Shown here in pieces: positions 11,101 to 23,200 of a stretch of DNA of 64,000 nucleotides (its first letter is position 1; each line of letters starts with the position of its first letter). The notes under the pieces were generated by a model. The model was not told the DNA's origin. It saw nothing but the letters and a program-made list of their open reading frames with translations, and ran no database searches. Source of the stretch: Antedon mediterranea (taxonomy: Eukaryota > Animalia > Echinodermata); NCBI RefSeq assembly GCF_964355755.1, contig NC_092671.1, positions 24,502,070-24,566,069 of the forward strand. Direction: 5' to 3'. Position numbers and translations under genes: made by a program.

Positions 11101-13013
11101 TCAAGTTACTCACTTCAGAGCTGTTGTTTAGTTCAACTTAAAATTTATGTTTATAATAATAATAATAATTTATTGGAAACTTCACTTTTACAACAGTGGC
11201 ACACTTTGTTGATAAAGGTGCGTCCAAGTAATAACATACAAGAATAAATAAAATACAAAACATTAACTCTTACAAAAACCAAAAAAATAAATAAATCAAA
11301 ATAAATAAATAAATAAAACAAACTTAAGAAGAATCAAAATAAATCAAAATGTTTACACACAAAATAAATAATAAAATTAATTTCATGTAATGGTATGAAT
11401 CAAAATAAAGAGTATAACGGTGTGTATGTAAAAAAAAGACAAAAATACTTACATATCAACATTAGGGAGTTTTCGCAACCTTACGAATACGATAACGAAA
11501 ACGGATACGTCACACATTTGTGAAATTTTTTGAGCTGATCTCCATTTCATATTCGTAAAGCGTTTTCGTGTTGACGAATATCACCAGTCATATTCGTGAC
11601 TACAAAACGAATATAGTTTTTGATCTATTTTGCACATTTTGCATTTGAATCAGGAATGATTCATGATTATAATAATATAATTATACTTTTATTGAAAGTA
11701 ATTTACTAAAGTAATTTACTAAAATGCCAGGTCAATTTTGATAAATAGCAGTTTTTAAAGTCCTCACTCGCTTTGATGTTACGCTCGGCCTAGGCAGACA
11801 AGCACCAAGCAACACGTACCTGCGCTTCGCTCAAATTTACCGCAGTCATATTTTGGGCGGCGCCCTCAATATTTCGTTGCTATGCGAAACAGATTTTTAA
11901 TGGCTTACCAAAAACGAATACGTGTGCGTGACGTATCCGTTTTCGTTTATATAATATATATATATATATATATGTAAGATTGCGAAAACTCTCTATTAAC
12001 TAAACAGAAATTAAAATGACACACAAAAGTTGAAAAGCAATTCAAAACACAACAGCATTGACACATGGAGGTATTTTTATACCTCCATGATTGACATTAC
12101 AAGTTTAACAAAGCACAACGTTTCTTCCATAAACATTTAGCCAATGATTTACAGAATTTGTTGATTAGAGACTTAATAATTTCTTTCATTTCTTTCATTT
12201 ATTTGGCATCTCAATACGTAACATTAAAAATACATCAATAATATATATAATCACCTTAAATATTAAAATACATCAAAAAAGCAAATAAAAATGACGGGAT
12301 TAATGAAGTCTGACGATGCACGGGAAAACACATAAAGTCGACAACTTAATTCCAATATTATCAAATAAATGATGGTCATTGCCTAGAATAAGAAGGGTTT
12401 TCTTAAATAAATCTAAATTTTGATAATATAGTCATAGAAATGTTTAAGAATGTGCCAACATCTGTGTCAAATGTATAGTTTGATTAATTATTCTATTACC
12501 ACTATCACATAATTTATATTGCAAAAAATTGCTAAAATTATAATAATAATAAAGAGATGTTACACGTTAAAAAGCTTCTTCATGTTTTCTTCTTTATGTC
12601 AACCGGTAGAGAATGGCAAAAGAACTAAAAACTGAGTCTGCCAAGTTTTTTTTAAGGATTTGCCTCAGTGCTCAAATAAGCATTTTAACATATGCCTACT
12701 TTACAAGGTGGAAATAACTGAATTTTAATTTCTTTGTAACTGCAGTAATGATATGTCGCTATTTAACAGCTTAACAGTTTTTCAGGGCTGTGAGACAGGG
12801 GTGTCTAGAAAACTCTGAGTTTTTAAGATCTGAGTTTTCTAGACACATGTGAGACAGTACTGTAAATGTTTATTTATTATTAATTGATGGCCAATTACTA
12901 GTTGAATCTGGTTGATATCAGGTCACAACCGGGCAAAGGTCAAAATGGCAAACAAATCTGTAACAATTGATTTTTACTTCTTTCAGGACATCAATTTTGC
13001 TCAACAATGGTGA
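8067..13013 (+). CDS. Small 102-aa spliced protein, CCDC200-like
   Basis: Exons 8067-8144 (GCG|GTAAGA), 10277-10480 (taacag|AGA ... AAC|GTAAGT) and 12987-13013 (tttcag|GAC ... TGA), all phase 0 and stop-free. Protein MSALHWEALRKQKVIDRKHHQDLQEA-RQHQKREAEEKLLYERIQNE...MSTRYN-DINFAQQW. AATAAA at about 13062 and 13138. Confidence 0.82.
9233..10224. repeat. 33-bp minisatellite, about 30 copies, intronic
   Basis: Unit ACTAGTATACTCATCAACATTCATTATTTGTA(A/T); explains the repetitive 344/345-aa ORFs on both strands. Confidence 0.97.
10277..10480 (+). CDS. CCDC200-like gene, coding exon 2
   Basis: 204-nt open exon between a CAG acceptor and a GTAAGT donor, in a frame not reported by the ORF track. Confidence 0.82.
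11463..11995. mobile_element. MITE
   Basis: TIRs tagggagttttcgcaa / ttgcgaaaactctcta, with inner inverted aaaacggatacgtcac / gtgacgtatccgtttt. Confidence 0.65.
12064..12089. mobile_element. 26-bp CATGGAGG palindrome with 7-bp TSD (P-type footprint)
   Basis: ATTGACA|CATGGAGGTATTTTTATACCTCCATG|ATTGACA. Confidence 0.8.
12987..13013 (+). CDS. CCDC200-like gene, terminal coding exon
   Basis: Polypyrimidine tract + TTTCAG acceptor, DINFAQQW-stop, polyA signals downstream. Confidence 0.75.
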   Translation, partial: DINFAQQW

Positions 13014-14249
13014 TGAAAATGAACTTTGGCAAATGATTGGAAATGAAGGTCAAGAATTTCTAATAAAATGGCACAAATGATGAAAAACTATTTCTTGTAT
13101 TTATTGTGTGTAAAATAGTTTGATGTATGATTCACAAAATAAACAAATATGTAAACAAGTGTAATGTTATTGTTTTTTATTAACACTTTAAATATACTGT
13201 ACAAATTGTATACTTTACATGTAAGTCAGACACTAAAAAGAGTATTAGGGTGTCTTACTTTACTATTTTTTGTAGTAAGTGCTCTAAATCACAAAATCCA
13301 AACATTTTACTGTAATTGTAGATTTATAATTATCTGTAAACTTTAATTAATTTATTATATTATAATACATTTTCACATCTGCATAAATTGTTACAACTTA
13401 ACCAGGTTTGATCTCCTGATTTATTACATACACGCAGTATATTATATATACTGTATATATATAATACAAAGCAATAGTTGCATGCTATTTGATTACTATG
13501 ATAGGTCAGATTAATACCAATGCAATGCATGCACACTCAGTAACAATTTGGGAAATCTTGGAACAAAAACTGGCCTCTCATCAGTGTTTGTTTTTCTTGC
13601 GAGATTTCACAATCTGGTGAATTTCCAGAAAATTGTCTTCACACTATTCAAACCTGGTTACAATACAAATTGTTACATGTTTCAATTGTACATTGTTAAA
13701 AAGAGAATGACTTCATTATATTCAAATTAAATGACCTATAGGTCCATGATATACCCAATTATAGTAAAAAGATGAAATATATCCCCAATGAAAAATAATT
13801 AAGCCATTTCACATAATTAACGGTAGTTAAATTGGATTATTAAATTATTTACCTGAAAAAAATTAAATATACTTTGGTAACTCAACTTGATTGTGTTTCA
13901 AAATGTTGCTAACTATAAAAAGAGTAGCTCTGTGTTTAAAACAACATTGATTGATAAATTTGCACAAAAGGTATACACAATTCACAATAATTAATTCTTA
14001 TTTTAGAATATTATCAAAAGAACAATGAATTTTACATAGGAAAATATATATTTTATTACATAGTTACCAGTTAATAATTGTGGTAAAGTAATTGAAAATT
14101 AGTAACATTTACATACAGTAGTTTATAACTTAATGTTAACAAGTGTACTCTACAGTAAATACCTACATAACATACTATAAACGTTGCGAAGACAAAGATC
14201 CAACAAACCTATAAACTGTTGTCATGTCTATATAAAACTTTGGTGTATG

Positions 14250-14730
14250 TTCAGCTACAAAGATCTTCCAAAATGTGATTGAAAGAACATGATCAAAGCC
14301 TACGAGAGGTACTCAAAAGACTGATACCCTTTTCACACTCCAGAGTTGACGCCCCAGTATTTTGGTGTGAAAGGTAAAATCAAGCAACTCCGGAGTTTAA
14401 AACTGCGGGGTTAACAGCTAAACATTCTCCGGAGAGTGAACTGCGGGGACATCTCTGTGTTTTGGTGTAAAAGGTACCTAAAAGAAAAGGGCTAGAAACT
14501 CAATACTGATAAATGCATCTTCAATAAAACCAACCTATCCTTTTATGGTCACATCTTCTTGAACAAAGGCATATCTCCTGATCCCAGGAAAATTAAAGCC
14601 ATCAAGGAGGCGAAAGAACACAGGTGAAGTTCGAAGTTTGTTCGGCATGGCGTCAAACTGCGCACGATTTGTGCCGGATTTTGTAACCATAAACACAACC
14701 ATTAAGACAACTCACAAAAAAGGATACAGA
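14250..14730 (+). pseudogene. Gypsy-type reverse transcriptase relic interrupted by a small MITE (about 14325-14477)
   Basis: Translates EHDQSLREVLKRL, then after the insert KEKG..LNTDKCIFNKTNLSFYGHIFLNKGISPDPRKIKAIKE..EVRSLFGMA..CARFVPDF, with frameshifts. Confidence 0.75.
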
Positions 14731-15149
14731 GTCATAATTTCATTCCAATAAAGGAGAGATATAATTATTGTAATAGCGCCACCTAGAGTTATCTATGAAC
14801 GTGATTCCGTGTAACTTCATTTCACAAGCAGATTATTTTAATCTCACAGGTCATAAGAACTGCCAATTTCGTGCCCTTAGGTACAACCTAAATTATTCCC
14901 TGGTCTGTCAACTAATCTATAATATAAATATATCTAATATGTATGTAGGACTGGACATTTAATACTCAAAAAGTGTGCAAGTTAAAGTCATCCTTTTGAC
15001 TTACTTCCATAATATGTACCTACAGTATCTATGCAAAATGACAAAAATAAATCCTGTTCAAAATGCATATAAATAAATCACCATTCACCCATAATGGAAT
15101 GAAAAAAAGACAACAAAATATTCATCAAATTTACATCACAAATTTGAAA

Positions 15150-16520
15150 TAGCGCTCCTAGAATGAAACCATTATCAAAAGCGCTGTACATTGAAATTAT
15201 GTTCCACAAACTTATTGGGAAAGAAACATTTTTTAGTTTATGCCAAAGCTATCAACGTTAGTTTCAGACAGAATTGACACAGGAATATCGTTCCATAACC
15301 AGTGGACCTGAGATGCCAAAAGACCTGTCAGCAAATGTTCTCCTGGTTGTGGTGGGAACTTCTAGCTTACAGAGATCGAGGCCCAAACGCATGTCAGATC
15401 TTCTCGGACGTCAGACAATTATTAGTTGACAAATATATTCAGGAGCGTGTCCACTCAAACACTTATGACCAAAATAAGTGTTTTGAAGTCAATCCGTTGG
15501 CATATCGGTAGCCACTGAAGTTGTTTCATACACTCGCTAACGCTGTCAAATTTCTTTTTATTGAGTATAAACTTACAGCTCATGTTGTATTCTTTGAAGC
15601 TGATATCATAATTTGGCAATTCAATGAGTACGACAGTATAAAAACTCTTGTTTTTGCGCTGTTTATTTTCTATCCAACGCTTGACGTGCCGCAAACAATC
15701 CTGGAGAATATTTATTGATGACATTTAGTTTAAATGACAACTTGATAGCATGGTCATCAGCGTACACATGGATTTTAATAGGATTGGTAATTACTTCCCT
15801 CAGTGTACTGGCATTGGCCGAGTATAAGACAAGTCCGGCGCAAAAGCCTTGTGGTACTGAGAAAGAGATTGGTCGGTAGTCAGATTAGCTTTCGCCTACG
15901 ATAACTTTGAAACATCGCGGACGCAAGTAACTATCCATCCATCTAACTCTAGCTGGACCTGTAATTCTAAATTTATTGGAGCAGAACATCATGGTCGACA
16001 ATTTCAAATGCTGCGCTGAGATCTACTGCATTGCTACAACAGCGGTGACACATTTTTTTTATGTTCTATAGCATGTCATTGACAAGTTTGGCTAGTGCCG
16101 TCTCGCAGCTATAGTTCTTTTTGGTAGTCAGACAATTGTGAGTTCTTCGAACAATGATTGTTAGGGTTCCACAACAATTTTCTCAACTACTTTAGACATG
16201 AAGGGAAGATTGCTCACAGGACAATAGCTGTTACTGGTTCTAGACCCGATTTCTTTAGAAGTATAGCCTTATGACTGCGGTCTTCCATTGTTGAGGAAAA
16301 ATCACATCTGTCAAGGAGATATTAACTATTTTAGTCGAGACTGTGATAATTGCTGGAAAGATTTGTTTTAGTACTTTTGTCAGCAGAAAATCTAATTCAC
16401 AGGATTTTTTCAGATTGTTCAAAGTGGGATTATTTTGTCATCAACTTGTTCATATCTTGGAGTTTTGTCGAGCTTGTCACAAATCTGTTTAATTTTATTT
16501 ATGAAGAAATCTGAACATGA
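15150..16520 (-). mobile_element. Degenerate L2/CR1-group LINE reverse transcriptase
   Basis: Minus-strand motifs YCPVSNLPFMSKVVEKIV, DLSAAF, SVPQG, HVYADDH and QLQWLPICQRIDFK, with many stops and frameshifts. Confidence 0.85.
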
Positions 16521-17012
16521 TTTTTCAGCTACAGTATTTCAAGTGAAACCAAACTACCATGTAGACAGATTTAAAAAGGGTTAATGTGGTCAATGGTATA
16601 CGTATAAGCAAATGATTTAAAACAATTTCACGATGGCATACAAGAATGCTCTTACAATCAAAAAATGTATTCATAACAAAGTCTTGAATTGAATGGAAAA
16701 GTTATATAAAATAAGTACAGCCCATAACCCAACAGTAGGTTAGATAAAACACCTATTCATAATCCACATAAAAATAGAAATATGTTTGTCTAGTGATTAT
16801 GATATTACATCGCATGATGCAGGCTTTTTTAACAACCTTTTATATTCCAATATAATGATTCCTCAAGATTATATATATAAAAGAGTGAATTCACAGAAAA
16901 GCTAGTGTGTTAATAATTAATAAAAATATTGTTAGGTATTATTAGGTAGGTAGGTATAAGGTATGTATTTCATTGTTGGAGTATGATATTAATTAATATT
17001 AAATTCCTACCT

Positions 17013-17263
17013 CTATAATTGAGACTCTATAATTAGAGGTTTTAATTTAATCTTGAATTCTCTCTGAGGAAGGTCATATTCCCAGCCACAATTTCTTATC
17101 ATCATAGCCCCCATCTTTCCTATCTCATCAGCTGACTTAGCCCCATACCCATTACCTCCTACCAGTATTCCAAGAGTCTCTGTTATCATGTCACAATATA
17201 GGTAACCAGTTGGTGTTTTAGATGTAACACAGGTGTCATACTTAACAGACAACATCGTAAAAT
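17013..17263 (-). CDS. Oxidoreductase terminal coding exon
   Basis: DFTMLSVKYDTCVTSKTPTG...GGNGYGAKSADEIG...ESQL-stop. Confidence 0.92.
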
Positions 17264-20200
17264 CTATAAAAATAAAGCATCTACTCTCAATTTTTCAAGG
17301 ACAGAAAGACAAAATACATGTTTTTATGTGCAACACACAAACTTTAAATTATTTAAAATAACAAAACATATGTATTTTATTCGCTATCAGACCAAAGTTA
17401 ACCAAGAATGATTTGCGACCGACTGATGTACAGTATGTCATGTTAGTTCATTGTGCACAAGTTCTACTCACATTGAAACAGATTGCATGGTTTTTAGGTT
17501 CAGACGATGTCCCACAAAACATCGATTGACCTCTCCTAGATTGTTCTTCGCAAATCAAAAGCTCCCTAATAATGGCCTACGCAACTGTCAATATGCGCAA
17601 AATGACTGATTAGCAGCGGTACATCATGAAACTAAAGATCTCTATTAACACTCCAAAGACCCATTCATCTTTCATTTATTCAGTACAGAGAAATTTTATT
17701 TAACAAAATGTTTTACATACCTGCCATAACATTTTTCATAATCTTATACAGCTTAGATGTTATCCAACTTGCTTCTTGGTTTCTGAAGTGTTGTATTATA
17801 GCTCTGTTGGTTTTTAATGGTATGTTTCCCCATACACCATGGCCTACTTTCAAGTAGTATTTGCCTAATGAAATAAAATATGTACTAATTAGTAGGAAAT
17901 TTATTAATTATAATTATTAACAAAATACTACCTCATTAAAATTGTATTATAATTATTATTGATAGTAAGGATGTTGGAGTGTATTAACTGTAACAGTTAA
18001 CACTGTCAAGTCTTCCAAAACAACGGATATTAACATCTATTTTCTGGATCTTAAAGGAACCTTATTTGCTGGGAATGAATATATAGTAAAACCCGTCAAT
18101 CATATGGCACAGGGCTGCTGCTGTTTGTAATTTTAAAAATGTGTGAGGTTACATAGATTTAAGCTATACACTGTATCCTTTAAGTGGCATAGACGGTTCA
18201 ATATTTTAGGCCTAAAAACAGCCATAAATGTAATGTACAGTACATGAAATGTCAACTAAATAAAGTATAGCAATAATATTGTTTGAAGGTTTGCATGGCT
18301 AAACCAAATGTTTATATAAAGTTTGCGGTATACCATGTGTATTAGTTCTGAAAAAAACTGTTGAGTTTCTCGACGTTTCGATTAGATCAATTTGCTTGAT
18401 CCTTTGGAGTGAGAATGCAGAAAGTTCTCAGAATACAGAAAGTCTGTCTAGACGCATGGTCTTTGTTTGGCCAGTCTGCACCCAGCTTCGAGACAATGTT
18501 ATTGTTTTTAGCTTGTCTCACTATCAGTATCAGAAACAATGCTCTTCTATAGCTAGTGTTCATTCACTATTGTTCATGAGAAACAATGCTTCTCTATAGC
18601 TAGTTTCAATCCCTCCCACTATGTGAACTTGCTATTGTTTCTAGCTTTCACACCAGTCCCACTTTTACATTCCAAGTTTCCTGGACTTTCTGCATTCTCA
18701 CTCCTGAGGACGAGCAAAGCATATTGATCAAAACATCAAGAAACTCAACAGTTCTTTTTAGAACTAATACTGTGGTGTTACCGCAAACTTTATATCAATA
18801 TAGCGATAATGAAATGAAAATACAAACAAACAAACATAACTGAAAATTTAGGCTGGCCTAAGTCTAAAAAGTCATACGTCAGCAATGTACAGTACTTCCT
18901 CACACAGTGAATGAATGGCATGATTCTTGTAGTACTGGGCAAATTTATATCATTTAAAAGTCTGATGGCATACGGTGCAAATAAATGAAAATATCTAGTA
19001 TGTAACAGTATAATAATATAGAATAAATAAGCAAATAATTCATACCATCTGGATATTTGATTGGAGGTAAGATATAACAGGAATTAGACAAGTCATCGGG
19101 TTTGTAAAGAATACTGGGCATGGACTTCATTCTGCATACAACATCTTCACTTAGTTCACACAAAATTACTCTCTCAGTTGTAATTTCCATATCCGGTACA
19201 ACATTTCCTGGAATTAAGTTTCTAAAGCCTGTAAAGGCCCCAGTGGTGAGAAGAACCTTCTTACTGTGAATGTGCATACCAGTGTATGTTGTAAGCAGAT
19301 GCAGGTGATTGCTGCATTCTTGAATATCATCAACAACATCCGAAATTATAATGCATCCTTTGAGTTTTGCTAGTTTTTGATGGGCAAGCCTTTGCTTTCG
19401 TATATTAATATAACCAGCGTTTGTATTGCTGTATAGACCAGTTGAGCTTGCTAAAAATGGAAATTTCTCATTCATTTCTTGGGAATCTAACTTTGTAGCA
19501 GGTGCATATAAATCAGCATGTAGATCTGCTTGCTTTTTAACATATTTATCTCCAAGAAACAAGTAGCCAACTTCCTCATAAAACGATATACCTTCAGCAA
19601 ATGTAAAAATACATAATACTGTATTGATAAATTGTTTTAGTGTATAGTTAGAATAGTTTATTCATTCTTTATGCAAATAATATTTTTTTAAATAGTAATA
19701 AATAAATATAATAAATATTGTTTATGAGTTGAATGAGGATATTTTCATTCCTGTAGTTGGTTAGAGAACGAAATAAAGTACACTATCCAACGAATATAAC
19801 TCTTTTAGTCAATTAATCTGCAGCTTCATCTATGAATCAAATGTAAAAGAATAGACGATTAAAAAGGCGCATATATATACTAAAGGTTGGTTTTTGATCG
19901 CACGTTATGCAACAGCCAACTACTTATATTTGCAAAAACTTCTCAAATGTTATAGTCTGAGAGATGAGTCGATTTTGTGCACATATTTTACCATTGGTCT
20001 TAATATGATTTTTGTGTGAGACATACTTTGATACATCTGAAAGCTTCATTTTAATTCAATTCTTTTGGAATTAGGTTCAATGTAAAGCTGATGAATCATA
20101 CTACACATTGTTTATCATCAAAAGTCATTTGAGTCATTATTTACAAAATATATGAAAAATAATCTCAATTTTTGCAATTTTTTTCCGTATTTGACTGTAT

Positions 20201-23200
20201 TCATTAGCTCTGTGTTCATTTTTACAATTTCCAGTTATTAACGCCAAAGTTCCTGTATTAAAGAGCCATCTGGGCAATTACAAGCGCGTATGTATACATT
20301 TACTATTGGACGTAGGACGTATTTAGTTTATTCGTACAGTATTCATATTAAGGGAATTTCAGTAAATCGCGCCTAACATTTTTCTCAATGCTTTAGAAAG
20401 TGGGTTCATACATTCCGTACTAAATTGTACCAGCAATTAAAAACCGTTAGGCCTACTAATTAAGTTGAGTTAGATAATTATTTATTGATGATTAAAATTT
20501 AGGTTAAACGATTCGCTGGTGTTTTCCACAAACAGTTTTACTACGTTGCTTTTACCTTTCTAAGGGCCCGTTTTTAGGCATAGTTATTTATCTGAGTTTG
20601 GTGGGTAGGAACTAACCTACTCATGAAAATAACTTACTGTATGAACTGGCTCTATACTAAACACATTAGGATATGCCTACAGTATGAAGGATCACATGCC
20701 CTAACACAGAACACCTTTGGTGGGTAGGAACCAACTAAAGTATGAATTTGCTCTAAGAAACAATTAAATACCATTAGGCCTAATTAAGTTGAGTTAGATA
20801 ATTATTTATTGATGATTAAAGCTAATTTACGATTTTCCCCGAATAGAGGTGTTTTTCACAAACTGTTTTAAATTATATAAAACACGTATACAAATAAATG
20901 TTATTATTGACAGTTGCTTCTCAACGTTTGTATTAAATAATACTATTATTACAAAAAATATAAACGTCGTAGTGGTGTATGTTACATGTACTTTACTATT
21001 TCAATCGACTGTGACAATTTTATTAAACATTAAATTGCAATTTGTTACTGTATTTAGTGGTATATTATTTGTAAAACAATGAAAACAATTAATACTGAAT
21101 GGATAAAGAATACTGTATATTTAAAAATTGTTCCTTTTTGCACCCATTCTCTTCCCCATCTCTCAACCCTTCTCTTTACTTCCTGAAAGTGAAACTTGTC
21201 ACAAAATGAGACCAATTATCAAATTAATAAACAAATCCAAGTTGTTTTGTATGTAACATTAGGGTTTAGGGATGGGGAAGAGAATGGGTGCAAAAAGGAA
21301 CAATTTTTAAATATATTCTTTATCCATTCAGTCACCAAATTTTGCCCTTACGTAAATTTATATAGAGATACTGATTTTTATTCATTTTTGGTTAAAAATT
21401 ACAACAAATGCTATCTTGTGAACTACTTGTCATAGAACGCTAAATCAGACATTAAATAAAAGTTAGTGACAATCTTCATATTCAATGTAATGGAGGATTA
21501 TGACAAAAACCTCCATTACAATGAATGTAAACATTATCATTGGCTTTCATTTAATGTATGATTTAGCATTCTACTACAAGTAGATAGAGATAGATTTTTT
21601 TACCAATTTTAAACCAAATTAAAATCAGTATTTTAGGGCTACATTTTTAAGCTCTAATTGTAACGCAAATTTAAAATTTCTTTTTGTTATCCACTCCCAT
21701 TAGTTAGGGCAGTTTTTATTCATTAAATAACAAAAATAAATTTTTACCCAAATAAAATGGAAACATTTTGATTATTTTCCACATATTTATTAAAATAATG
21801 ACTCAAATGACTTATAATGATAATCAATGTGTAGTATGATTCATCAGCTTTACCTTGAGCCTAATTCCAAAAGAATTGATGCATTGCATCAAATACTGTG
21901 CCATAGAATAAAGATAATTGGTAAAATTGCATGAAAAATAGGTAATTAACCTCTGACCCGAAAGTGCATCACCAGAATCACTTAAAATGGACCTGAAATG
22001 GAATTTCGATTTTCAAGAAATTCACACATGTTATTTAAATGTATCAAATTAACACAAACCCATACAAATAAAAACAAAATGTATAGTATTTTGAGTAAAA
22101 ACGAAATTTTAAGATACCATGGTAAATTAGCGAAAATTACTCACGCCATTGCAATATTCTATTTCAACGGCCGTCGGAAGCCTCTATATTCACGACGTCA
22201 CATACACACGATGATATCGAGAGCGTGTATGCCGCCCGATAGTCAGTGAATGATCGACGGCCTGGAAAGATACGCGAAGCGTTGACACTAATACTAATTT
22301 ATTCAATATCTAATGTTGTTGAAATATAGGTTCCTAAAATGTACTTCGTTTGTTCTAAAACCCGAATTTAGAAGGCCTACCTCCCAAACCTTTACTAGGC
22401 CTAGGCCCCCAATCCAGTGCGCGGAGTCGATCCACCACCCACATCATGCGGCGAGGCTCCGTTTCATGTGCATCCAAGACCAAAGTGATATCAACAACTT
22501 GCTGCGCTCATTGTCAAGCCAAAGTAAAATATGAATAAAACTGCCTGATTCGTGACAAATAAATTATCATCTCATATTACTAATTTAATTCTGCTAAACT
22601 AAAAACTAAAGAAACTAACACATTTTAGCAGTATAAATTACGAACGATACAAAATACACGAACGGAAAATATGGATACGCATCATTGCGCACGGAGCTGT
22701 ATCCCGGACAACGTTGCCAGGCCAACTTCGGTATTGCCAGAAAAAAACCGTTGATTTTAAGATTTTAAATCGTCATTTACTCGATGAATAACCGTTTATA
22801 CGGTAATAATTTTATCTAAAAAAATTCTAAATACGTTTCTGCAAATGCACAAGCATTTTTTAGAAAATACTCCATAGATTTCAAGAGTTATAGCCAAAAA
22901 ACTGCAAATTGTCCATTTGCAAAGTGACGTCACCCGCGAATTTTTTTGATTTTCAAATGGGGCTTTCCCCAAAAGGGCCAATTTATATTTTGTAACAATA
23001 TACATTCTAGCAACACCTAATAGCCCCCAAAACATCATTCTAAAATGAAAAAAATCGAAAATCCATTTCAGGTCCATTTTAAGAATTGGGTTTTTAGATG
23101 TACCAAAGTATGCCTCACACAAAAATCATATTAAGACCAATGGTAAAATATGTGCACTAACTTGACTCATCTCTCAGACTATAACATTTGAGAAGTTTTT

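Noticed and set aside
21487-21518. Palindromes TAATGGAGG...CCTCCATTA (here) and CAGAGCCATA...TATGGCTCTG (44287-44337) as further 7-bp-TSD scars
   Set aside because: The flanks do not show a 7-bp direct repeat (only CAATG at the first), so they were not counted.
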